IMG/VR virus record: IMGVR_UViG_2541047722_000016
DNA from: a virus
Lineage: Duplodnaviria; Heunggongvirae; Uroviricota; Caudoviricetes
Length of the DNA stretch: 7,864 nucleotides
Strand: one strand, 5' to 3'
Of this stretch, positions 1 to 5,416 are shown piece after piece (the stretch's first letter is position 1; each line of letters starts with the position of its first letter). The notes beneath the pieces are model-generated. The model was not told the origin of the DNA and made no database searches. It saw only the letters and a list, made by a program, of their open reading frames with translations. The translations under genes and the position numbers were made by a program.

Positions 1-204
1 AGCGGTGGTGAGCCCTCCATCACCGCCCCCGGTATCCCGCTCATGCTGGCGAACCCAGACACGCAGAGTCTCCGGCGTACAGCCAATCTTTGGAGCAATG
101 GAACAAATTGTCGCCCATTGTGAGTCATATTCGCTCTGACTTTCCAGAACCATACGGACTGCCCGTTGACGGACTTCGGGGGAAAAACGAGTATTTTTAG
201 TCAT
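1..204 (-). CDS. IS3-family transposase OrfA, N-terminal part (partial, runs off window)
   Basis: ATG at 204-202 on the minus strand, preceded by GAAAGAGGTAAACAGG. My translation: [68 protein letters not shown], an HTH-type OrfA N-terminus. It is absent from the ORF track because it is under the length cutoff and truncated by the window edge. Confidence 0.75.
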   Translation of the reverse strand, partial: MTKNTRFSPEVRQRAVRMVLESQSEYDSQWATICSIAPKIGCTPETLRVWVRQHERDTGGGDGGLTTA

Positions 205-258
205 CCTGTTTACCTCTTTCTCAGGAAGTTTAGTCTCCAGGATTCCCGGGGCGGTTCA
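1..258 (-). mobile_element. Left end of an IS3-family insertion sequence (IS629/IS1203-like), continuing off the left edge of the window
   Basis: Minus-strand reading from 258 gives a terminal inverted repeat starting TGAACCGCCCCGGGAATCCTGGAGAC (IS3-family ends begin TG). About 50 nt inside it lies a GAGG Shine-Dalgarno and an ATG opening orfA. The IS629 assignment is from memory of the IS629 end and OrfA sequence, not a search. Confidence 0.75.
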
Positions 259-477
259 CAGATGCCATTCATGACCTTTGAAATTCGCTTTGTATGGCTT
301 TCTGGCGGCATTCAGGAGAAGGTTTTCCCACAGGGTGCGAAGATAAACATCTTTCGCCCATGACTGTTTCAGAATGCTCCGGTACAACGGAATGTAACCA
401 GTTTTCTGGTTCTCCATCCTGTTGCTCCTGCGCTCGTGTGCGGCGCTGAAATCGTAGATTTTTGCTGTATTGCTCAT
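256..477 (-). pseudogene. Lambda O-like replication initiator, N-terminal 73 codons only; truncated by the IS insertion
   Basis: ATG at 477. The N-terminus MSNTAKIYDF resembles lambda O (MTNTAKILNF, from memory). The reading frame runs straight into the IS terminus at 258, and its TGA stop (256-258) is the first three bases of the IS inverted repeat (TGAACC). Confidence 0.5.
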
Positions 478-479
478 AA

Positions 480-752
480 CTACCTGCCTTGACGAAAGAC
501 CTTAAGAACATCGTTAAACTGACTTACGGATATGTCTTCTTTGAGAAGCTTTTCCAGAAATGCGTTTGGAATGAACGTATATCCCTCCTCTTTTGGTAGA
601 GACGGGAGCAACGCCCTCGCCTCAGCCTTCAGAAGCTCAGTTCTGGCAACTTTCACAAAAGAGATTTGAGTTCTTTCATCAATGGAACGAAGGAAGCGCA
701 AACGCTTAGCTTCTTTGTGTGTATCAGGTGGATTAAAGCCTTTGTTTCGCAT
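480..752 (-). CDS. Hypothetical protein (90 aa) between cII and the O-like gene
   Basis: Internal ATG at 752 of track ORF 480..1025, with GAGG 7 nt upstream (minus-strand ACGAGGTAATTAT-ATG). The upstream part of the track ORF overlaps cII in another frame and is rejected. No family recognised. Confidence 0.45.
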   Translation of the reverse strand: MRNKGFNPPDTHKEAKRLRFLRSIDERTQISFVKVARTELLKAEARALLPSLPKEEGYTFIPNAFLEKLLKEDISVSQFNDVLKVFRQGR

Positions 753-763
753 ATAATTACCTC

Positions 764-828
764 GTTGGATGTTGTTAAAATTCCATTTGTATTTGATCAG
801 AACGCTCGGTTGCCGCCGGGCGTTTTTT
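764..828 (+). ncRNA. oop: oop-like antisense RNA overlapping the 3' end of cII, with its intrinsic terminator
   Basis: Plus-strand hairpin CGCTCGG-TTGCCG-CCGGGCG (803-822, one G-U pair) followed by TTTTTT (823-828), lying inside the cII 3' coding region as in lambda. A perfect TATAAT at 752-757 overlaps the start codon of the downstream minus-strand gene, as the lambda Po -10 overlaps the O start. The 5' end is inferred, not seen. Confidence 0.5.
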
Positions 829-1068
829 ATTGGTGAGAATCGAAGCAACTTGTCGTGCCAATCGAGCCATGTCGTCGTCGACAACACCCCATTCAAGAAC
901 AGCAAGCAGCATTGAGAACTTTGGAATCCAGTCCCTCTTCCACCTGCTGATCTGCGACTTATCAACGCCCACAGCTTCCGCTGTCTTCTCAGTTCCAAGC
1001 ATTGCGATTTTGTTAAGCAACGCACTCTCGATTCTTAGAGCCTCGTTGCGTTTGTTTGCACGAACCAT
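775..1068 (-). CDS. cII: CII transcriptional activator (lambda cII-type, 97 aa)
   Basis: Internal ATG at 1068 of track ORF 775..1155 gives MVRANKRNEALRIESALLNKIAMLGTEKTAEAVGVDKSQISRWKRDWIPKFSMLLAVLEWGVVDDDMARLARQVASILTNKKRPAATERSDQIQMEF, near-identical to lambda CII as I recall it. RBS AAGGAAAT lies upstream. Confidence 0.9.
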   Translation of the reverse strand: MVRANKRNEALRIESALLNKIAMLGTEKTAEAVGVDKSQISRWKRDWIPKFSMLLAVLEWGVVDDDMARLARQVASILTNKKRPAATERSDQIQMEF

Positions 1069-1085
1069 ATGTAAGTATTTCCTTA
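1046..1085 (+). promoter_or_regulatory. PRE-like promoter with CII recognition repeats TTGC-N6-TTGC, reading rightward toward c2
   Basis: TTGCGTTTGTTTGC at 1046-1059 on the plus strand, inside the first codons of cII on the other strand, followed by AAGTAT at 1073-1078. This is the lambda PRE arrangement. Confidence 0.6.
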
Positions 1086-1101
1086 ACAAATAAGAAGTTA
1101 T

Positions 1102-1119
1102 GCGCATCAACTTATGCGC
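1102..1119 (-). promoter_or_regulatory. Stem-loop between nutR and cII (tR1-position hairpin)
   Basis: Minus-strand GCGCAT-AAGTTG-ATGCGC, a perfect 6-bp stem. There is no clean U-tract, so if it terminates it would be rho-dependent, like lambda tR1. Confidence 0.3.
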
Positions 1120-1126
1120 GTTGTAT

Positions 1127-1170
1127 TCCCGCATTTCGGCGGGAATGAGGACCATGACTGTTAAAGAGCA
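1127..1170 (-). promoter_or_regulatory. nutR-like site: boxA plus boxB hairpin
   Basis: Minus-strand TGCTCTTTAACAG (boxA, plus coordinates 1158-1170), then 13 nt, then TCCCGC-CGAAAT-GCGGGA (boxB, 1127-1144). The same 18-nt boxB recurs downstream of PL. Confidence 0.6.
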
Positions 1171-1176
1171 ATTTGC

Positions 1177-1362
1177 TTATGCCGCTTTGCGGTAAGCGCT
1201 TTCTTGATACTTCAGGGCGCCAGCTGTAACGACTTCCAGTCGATAGGCGTCTTTCTCTGGGATGACTTCCTTCCACTGAGAGACTGCTGCGTCGCTAATG
1301 CCTAACGCTTTAGCTACAGCACGCTGGGTTCCGAAGTGGTCGATAACATCTTTCTTGTACAT
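1177..1362 (-). CDS. cro: Cro repressor (P22 Cro-type, 61 aa)
   Basis: Track ORF MYKKDVIDHFGTQRAVAKALGISDAAVSQWKEVIPEKDAYRLEVVTAGALKYQESAYRKAA with an HTH motif; GGAG lies upstream of the ATG. Divergent from c2 across an operator region. Confidence 0.9.
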   Translation of the reverse strand: MYKKDVIDHFGTQRAVAKALGISDAAVSQWKEVIPEKDAYRLEVVTAGALKYQESAYRKAA

Positions 1363-1376
1363 AGACTCGCTCCGAA

Positions 1377-1442
1377 ATTAAAGAACACTTAAATTATCCA
1401 CTAAAGGAATCTTAAGTCAAGTTTATTTAAGATGTCTTAACT
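1377..1442. promoter_or_regulatory. OR region: three 18-bp P22-type operators overlapping PR (leftward) and PRM (rightward)
   Basis: ATTAAAGAACACTTAAAT (1377-1394), ACTAAAGGAATCTTAAGT (1400-1417) and ATTTAAGATGTCTTAACT (1425-1442) all fit ANTNAAG-N4-CTTNANT. PR on the minus strand: -35 TTGACT (1415-1420), 16-nt spacer, -10 GATAAT (1393-1398). Confidence 0.65.
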
Positions 1443-2093
1443 ATGAAAACTCAATTGATGGGAGAGCGCATTCGCGCTCGGAGAAAAGAACTCAAGATCA
1501 GGCAGGCCGCACTTGGAAAGATGGTCGGCGTGTCTAATGTTGCCATATCTCAGTGGGAACGCTCTGAGACAGAGCCAAATGGAGAGAATCTTCTCGCCCT
1601 GGCTAATGCGTTGAAGTGTTCCCCTGACTATCTGATGAAAGGAGAGGAAAGTCTTTCAAACATTGCCTATCACAGTAGGCATGATCCAAGAGGGTCATAC
1701 CCTCTGATTAGCTGGGTGAGCGCAGGATGCTGGATGGAAGCTGTAGAACCATATCATAAGCGTGCAATAGATAACTGGTACGATACAACCGTAGACTGTT
1801 CAGAAGATTCGTTTTGGTTGGACGTGAAGGGAGACTCAATGACGGCTCCGGCCGGTCTCAGTATCCCTGAAGGAATGATAATACTCGTCGATCCTGAAGT
1901 AGAGCCGCGTAACGGGAAACTGGTAGTTGCAAAGCTCGAAGGAGAAAACGAGGCAACTTTCAAGAAGTTAGTTATTGATGCAGGCAGGAAGTTTCTAAAA
2001 CCACTTAACCCACAATATCCGATGATCGAGATCAACGGAAACTGCAAAATCATCGGCGTAGTTGTCGATGCAAAACTAGCAAACCTTCCATAA
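1443..2093 (+). CDS. c2: CI-type immunity repressor (P22 c2-type): N-terminal HTH domain plus C-terminal LexA/S24-like autocleavage domain
   Basis: 216-aa track ORF MKTQLMGERIRARRKELKIRQAALGKMVGVSNVAISQWERSE..., with the C-terminal DVKGDSM...GK motif of S24 peptidases. No SD precedes the ATG. Closely matches P22 C2 as I recall it. Confidence 0.93.
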   Translation: MKTQLMGERIRARRKELKIRQAALGKMVGVSNVAISQWERSETEPNGENLLALANALKCSPDYLMKGEESLSNIAYHSRHDPRGSYPLISWVSAGCWMEAVEPYHKRAIDNWYDTTVDCSEDSFWLDVKGDSMTAPAGLSIPEGMIILVDPEVEPRNGKLVVAKLEGENEATFKKLVIDAGRKFLKPLNPQYPMIEINGNCKIIGVVVDAKLANLP

Positions 2094-2119
2094 GGGGGCA
2101 TTCGCCCCTTTTTTTTTAT
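2094..2119 (+). terminator. Intrinsic terminator immediately after c2
   Basis: GGGGC-ATTC-GCCCC hairpin (2095-2108) followed by a run of nine T. Confidence 0.7.
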
Positions 2120-2160
2120 TTCCTTTAAAAATCAAAGCCAAACTTAAGTTACGAAAGAAA

Positions 2161-2213
2161 ATTTAAGTTTTCTTCAAAAATGCTCTTGACCATTAATTAA
2201 AGAGATCTTAAAT
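2161..2213. promoter_or_regulatory. OL/PL: PL promoter with overlapping P22-type operators
   Basis: -35 TTGACC (2186-2191), 16-nt spacer, -10 TTAAAT (2208-2213), reading rightward. Operator ATTAAAGAGATCTTAAAT (2196-2213) overlaps the spacer and -10; a second, weaker operator ATTTAAGTTTTCTTCAAA is at 2161-2178. Confidence 0.6.
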
Positions 2214-2259
2214 TTAAGCCATCAGCAGGACGCTGGAAGCCAAACGGAACAGATTGGCA

Positions 2260-2301
2260 GGCTCTTTAACATTGATGGGATTGTCCCGCCGAAATGCGGG
2301 A
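2260..2301 (+). promoter_or_regulatory. nutL-like site: boxA plus boxB hairpin
   Basis: GGCTCTTTAACATT (2260-2273), then TCCCGC-CGAAAT-GCGGGA (2284-2301), identical to the nutR boxB, about 60-80 nt downstream of the PL -10. Confidence 0.6.
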
Positions 2302-2614
2302 ACCAAAGAGTAGTTGGCTTTGGGGTGACGTGAAGTGCAGCTGCACGACGGCAACCGGAAGATAAGCACCCGGCGCGTCACCGCCAAAGTCAATTCCATA
2401 GGCGTTATGCAGCCGCCACCATATTCAAGAAAGCTGCACAAGAGGTAGGAGGATTTATGTGAATGCATAACTTCAAAACCGAGGTTAATTAAATCTCTCG
2501 ATCCGAGCATCGACCTATTAGGTGGCGAGATGCTCTTTCTGCCCCTCAGTTCGAGGGGCCAGAAACCACTTTGCAATCACTATCAATTCCAAAGTTGTTT
2601 CATCGGAGGTCAAC

Positions 2615-2913
2615 ATGACAGTAGTCATTACATATCTGGCTGACGATAACGCCAGAAATCGCCGCAGAGCACGCAGACAGGCTCAACGTGAACAGGCGAT
2701 GCAAGACAGCGACTGGCGCGAAAAATTGCGCTAAAGCTCTCTGGTTGCGTCAGAGCGGATAAAGCAGCATCACTCGGAATCCTTCGCTGCAAGAAGGCAG
2801 ATGAAGTCGAGAGTAAACAGAATCGTATTTACTACCGCAAGCCACGCAGTGAAATGGGTGTGACTTGTGTTGGTCGCCAGAAAATGAAATTAGGCAGCAA
2901 ACCACTTATTTGA
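2615..2913 (+). pseudogene. N: N-like antitermination protein, split by a 1-nt frameshift
   Basis: ATG at 2615 with GGAGG 7 nt upstream. Frame A gives MTVVITYLADDNARNRRRARRQAQREQAMQDSDWREKLR and stops at 2732-2734; it carries an arginine-rich motif. The frame one nucleotide behind is open from 2692 and ends ...NRIYYRKPRSEMGVTCVGRQKMKLGSKPLI at the TGA 2911-2913, matching the lambda N C-terminus as I recall it. Both frames are open across the A5 run at 2721-2725. Confidence 0.6.
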
Positions 2914-2921
2914 GGTGATAT

Positions 2922-3392
2922 ATGACAAAATCATGGAGCGTACCTTTTCCTGAATCAGAAACTGAACATGATGGAATGCCTGTTTTCTGGAGATTCCAAG
3001 CGACAGTTGAAGAAGATGGAATCAAAATATTCGCACTTCAATATATAGCTTTTCATCAGACAGAGCATTATGCATGGTTGGTTCCTGCGCATTGGATTGT
3101 TAATTTTAAACCAGCACCAAATCAGTGGTTACAGGAATGGAAACAAAGGAGAAATAGATATGCAATTAAGAAAGTAGCAAAAAATGCAGAAAGATCTTTT
3201 GCATTCCCGACGAAGAAACTTGCCATTGAAAGTTTATTGCGCCGGAAGAAATACCATTTGATGAGAATCAAACAAGATTTGGCTGTTGTATCAACTCTTG
3301 TTGATGGGATGAAGAATATTGATACATCAACACCAGGTATTGAATATAACTTTGGACACAACCAAGAAACAGAAAACTGGGTGTTTTATTAG
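2922..3392 (+). CDS. Hypothetical protein, 156 aa, AT-rich gene in the N-to-cIII interval
   Basis: Track ORF with GAGGTGA 6 nt upstream of the ATG. It starts 8 nt after the N stop. Visibly more AT-rich than the flanks (about 40% GC in a hand-counted sample). Acidic N-terminal half, K/R-rich C-terminal half, no obvious transmembrane segment, no family recognised. Confidence 0.7.
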   Translation: MTKSWSVPFPESETEHDGMPVFWRFQATVEEDGIKIFALQYIAFHQTEHYAWLVPAHWIVNFKPAPNQWLQEWKQRRNRYAIKKVAKNAERSFAFPTKKLAIESLLRRKKYHLMRIKQDLAVVSTLVDGMKNIDTSTPGIEYNFGHNQETENWVFY

Positions 3393-3406
3393 TACGAATA
3401 AGCACT

Positions 3407-3434
3407 GTGTATTCATTCCAACGAGTGAATACAC
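3407..3434. repeat. Perfect 9-bp inverted repeat with a 10-bp spacer
   Basis: GTGTATTCA (3407-3415), 10 nt, TGAATACAC (3426-3434). No T-tract follows. Confidence 0.5.
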
Positions 3435-3496
3435 GGAGCAATGTCGCTCGTAACTAAACAGGAGCCGACTTGTTCTGATTATTGGAAATCTTCTTT

Positions 3497-3520
3497 GCCC
3501 TCCAGTGTGAGGGCTTTTTT
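3497..3520 (+). terminator. Intrinsic terminator downstream of the AT-rich gene
   Basis: GCCCTC-CAGTGT-GAGGGC hairpin (3497-3514) followed by TTTTTT (3515-3520). Confidence 0.7.
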
Positions 3521-3586
3521 ATATGCATACCAATAACGCTTCACTCGAGGCGTTTTCGTTATGCAATCAAACAGAAGGAGCATCCT

Positions 3587-3757
3587 ATGCAACAGTTCGC
3601 TATTGCAGGGGCGGCATCGGTTCGCCCTTTCAACCCGATTTTATCGGTACAGCATTCACGAAAAAACATTTTAACCGGAGCAGACTTTAAACAACCAAGA
3701 ATGAAAAGCTTGCTCGAAAAGCTTTGGGATATTTTGAAACAACAAGGCCGTCCATGA
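3587..3757 (+). CDS. cIII: CIII-like small protein (56 aa)
   Basis: Internal ATG of track ORF 3482..3757, with AGGAG 7 nt upstream. The N-terminus MQQFAIAG and the C-terminal SLLEKLWDILKQQGRP resemble lambda CIII as I recall it. Its position matches cIII on the lambda map. Confidence 0.45.
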   Translation: MQQFAIAGAASVRPFNPILSVQHSRKNILTGADFKQPRMKSLLEKLWDILKQQGRP

Positions 3758-3912
3758 GTTTTACGGATAACTGGTCAGACGAAGAATTCATTCGTCAGAT
3801 AAAAGAATTAATCGGTAACGAAGGAGATATTCATGTCACTTGCAACCACAGTGAAGGAGAGCAAGTTACAGAGACGCATGTACACGCAGAAAGCTCTCTG
3901 GTATCGCCATAA
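3754..3912 (+). CDS. Hypothetical small protein (52 aa) in the kil position
   Basis: ATG at 3754 overlaps the cIII-like stop (ATGA). Product MSFTDNWSDEEFIRQIKELIGNEGDIHVTCNHSEGEQVTETHVHAESSLVSP. No family recognised. Confidence 0.4.
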   Translation: MSFTDNWSDEEFIRQIKELIGNEGDIHVTCNHSEGEQVTETHVHAESSLVSP

Positions 3913-4013
3913 TGGTGACCGCGAAGGAATGCGGGTATGCCTTAATTTGTCCCGAGTCGAAGTATTAAATCAGCGTTATTTCCTTGGGCCGTGTCCATTC
4001 TGAGAGCAATCAT

Positions 4014-4619
4014 ATGAGCAAAGAATTTTACGCAAGACTGGCAGCTATTCAGGAGAATCTGAACGCGCCAAAGAATCAGTACAACTCATTCGGCAAATAT
4101 AAATACAGAAGCTGCGAAGATATTCTTGAAGGCGTTAAGCCGTTACTGAACGGTCTGTTTTTATCAATCAGCGATGAAGTTGTGTTGATTGGTGATCGGT
4201 ATTACGTGAAAGCCACGGCAACTATTACCGATGGCGAAAACAGTCATACGGCAACCGCTCTTGCACGAGAGGAAGAAAGCAAGAAAGGAATGGATTCTGC
4301 ACAAGTTACGGGAGCTACAAGCTCTTATGCACGCAAGTATTGCCTCAATGGTTTGTTCGGCATTGATGATGCGAAAGATGCAGATACAGACGAGCATAAA
4401 CATCAGCAGAACGCAGCAGCAAAGCAATCAAAACCATCACTTACACCTGAACAGGTTCTAAAAGCATTCACTGACGCAGCAATGCAGAAAAACACCGTAG
4501 AAGAGCTTAAACAGGCGTTCGCCAAAGCGTGGAAGATGCTCGAAGGGACGCCGGAGCAGCACAAAGCGCAGGACGTTTACAACATCAGACGAGACGAATT
4601 AGAAGGGGCAACTGCTTAA
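4014..4619 (+). CDS. erf: Erf-family single-strand annealing recombinase (P22 Erf-type)
   Basis: Internal ATG at 4014 of the track ORF (which opens at a TTG). Product MSKEFYARLAAIQENLNAPKNQYNSFGKYKYRSCEDILEGVKPLL... matches P22 Erf as I recall it. Confidence 0.85.
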   Translation: MSKEFYARLAAIQENLNAPKNQYNSFGKYKYRSCEDILEGVKPLLNGLFLSISDEVVLIGDRYYVKATATITDGENSHTATALAREEESKKGMDSAQVTGATSSYARKYCLNGLFGIDDAKDADTDEHKHQQNAAAKQSKPSLTPEQVLKAFTDAAMQKNTVEELKQAFAKAWKMLEGTPEQHKAQDVYNIRRDELEGATA

Positions 4620-5002
4620 TGGCACATTCGATTACAGTAAGACTAAACAAACCCGCAAGAGAGTTTCAGGGCGGGGAAAATATCGGATTCAACATCCGTG
4701 CTGGCGTTCAGTATTACGATCGCCAGACAAAAAAGAAAGAATGGACAAACTACAGCGCCGTTGTATTTGCCAAGCCGGGAGCGCAAGCGGATTACTATCG
4801 TAGCGTTCTGGTTGAAGGAGGCATTGTAGAAATTACCGGAGAAAACATCAGGGTTGATGTTTATCAGGGGCAAAATGGTCAATCAATCACTCTTGAATTA
4901 CTGAATGCAAAGATTGGATTTGCAACTTCAGGAAACAGCCAACAGCAGCAAAGTAGCAATCATCAAAATAATCCTGAATACGACGATTCCATCCCATTCT
5001 GA
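4619..5002 (+). CDS. SSB-like OB-fold protein with an acidic C-terminal tail
   Basis: ATG at 4619 overlaps the erf stop (TAATG). Product MAHSITVRLNKPAREFQGGENIGF... ends ...NPEYDDSIPF, which resembles the bacterial SSB C-terminal DDDIPF tail. Confidence 0.65.
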   Translation: MAHSITVRLNKPAREFQGGENIGFNIRAGVQYYDRQTKKKEWTNYSAVVFAKPGAQADYYRSVLVEGGIVEITGENIRVDVYQGQNGQSITLELLNAKIGFATSGNSQQQQSSNHQNNPEYDDSIPF

Positions 5003-5025
5003 TTTAGAAAAATAAGGATTTAATT

Positions 5026-5322
5026 ATGCCAGCGCCTTTGTATGGTGCGGATGACCCGCGCCGCTGTTCCGGCAATTCCGTATCGGAGGTGCTGGATAAA
5101 TTCAGAAAAAACTACGATCGAATAATGTCTCTACCGCAGGAAACGAAAGAGGAAAAGGAATTTCGCCACTGTATATGGCTTGCAGAGAAAGAAGAACGCG
5201 AGCGAATTTACCAGACATCAATCCGACCATTCCGCAAAGCCACATATACCCACTTCCCTGAATATATCGACCCGCGCCTGCGTAATTACCGCTCACGCTA
5301 TGGCGCTATCAGTAATGACTGA
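5026..5322 (+). CDS. abc2: Abc2-like anti-RecBCD protein (98 aa)
   Basis: AAGGA lies upstream of the ATG. The 98-aa length and the position just after erf match P22 abc2; the sequence match is recalled, not verified. Confidence 0.5.
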   Translation: MPAPLYGADDPRRCSGNSVSEVLDKFRKNYDRIMSLPQETKEEKEFRHCIWLAEKEERERIYQTSIRPFRKATYTHFPEYIDPRLRNYRSRYGAISND

Positions 5323-5416
5323 GGAATTTACCATGAGAGGACTTGCTTAAGAGAAAGAGTTTCGGTTCTGTTAATGACAACAAATATCTGAATGCGATGT
5401 GGCGGAGTGGGAAGAA

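Noticed and set aside
480-1025. Extended 181-aa version of the post-cII ORF
   Set aside because: Its upstream 91 codons overlap cII in another frame. The internal ATG at 752 has a Shine-Dalgarno and sits in the 22-bp cII intergenic gap.
775-1155. Extended 126-aa version of the cII ORF
   Set aside because: The extension would read through nutR boxB and the tR1-position hairpin. The internal ATG at 1068 has the AAGGAAAT site and gives the 97-aa CII.
1754-2101. Minus-strand ORF inside c2, and similar antisense ORFs (830..1093+, 166..363+, 269..511-, 3122..3361-, 4164..4427-, 4231..4461+, 4643..4882-, 5102..5296-, 5511..5771+, 5633..5848-, 6352..6537-, 6453..6677-, 6670..7128-, 7028..7378-, 7171..7509-, 7424..7672-)
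   Set aside because: Each lies inside and antisense to, or out of frame with, a well-supported gene. None has a convincing ribosome-binding site or a recognisable product.
2132-2159. Possible third OL operator around the ACTTAAGT palindrome
   Set aside because: Only one half-site fits ANTNAAG-N4-CTTNANT in any 18-bp register, so I annotate two OL operators only.
2214-2576. 120-aa ORF on the minus strand across the PL leader
   Set aside because: It runs against PL transcription through the nutL hairpin, has no Shine-Dalgarno, and has an unprotein-like composition.
2522-2734. GTG-initiated 70-aa version of the N N-terminal ORF
   Set aside because: The extension covers the boxA-like sequence and GC hairpin of the leader. 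GGAGG sits in front of the ATG at 2615, whose product begins MTVVITY.
3912-3968. 18-codon ORF (MVTAKECGYALICPESKY) between the kil-position gene and erf
   Set aside because: It is too short and has no clear Shine-Dalgarno. It could be a remnant of a small gene in the arf position, but this cannot be supported from sequence alone.
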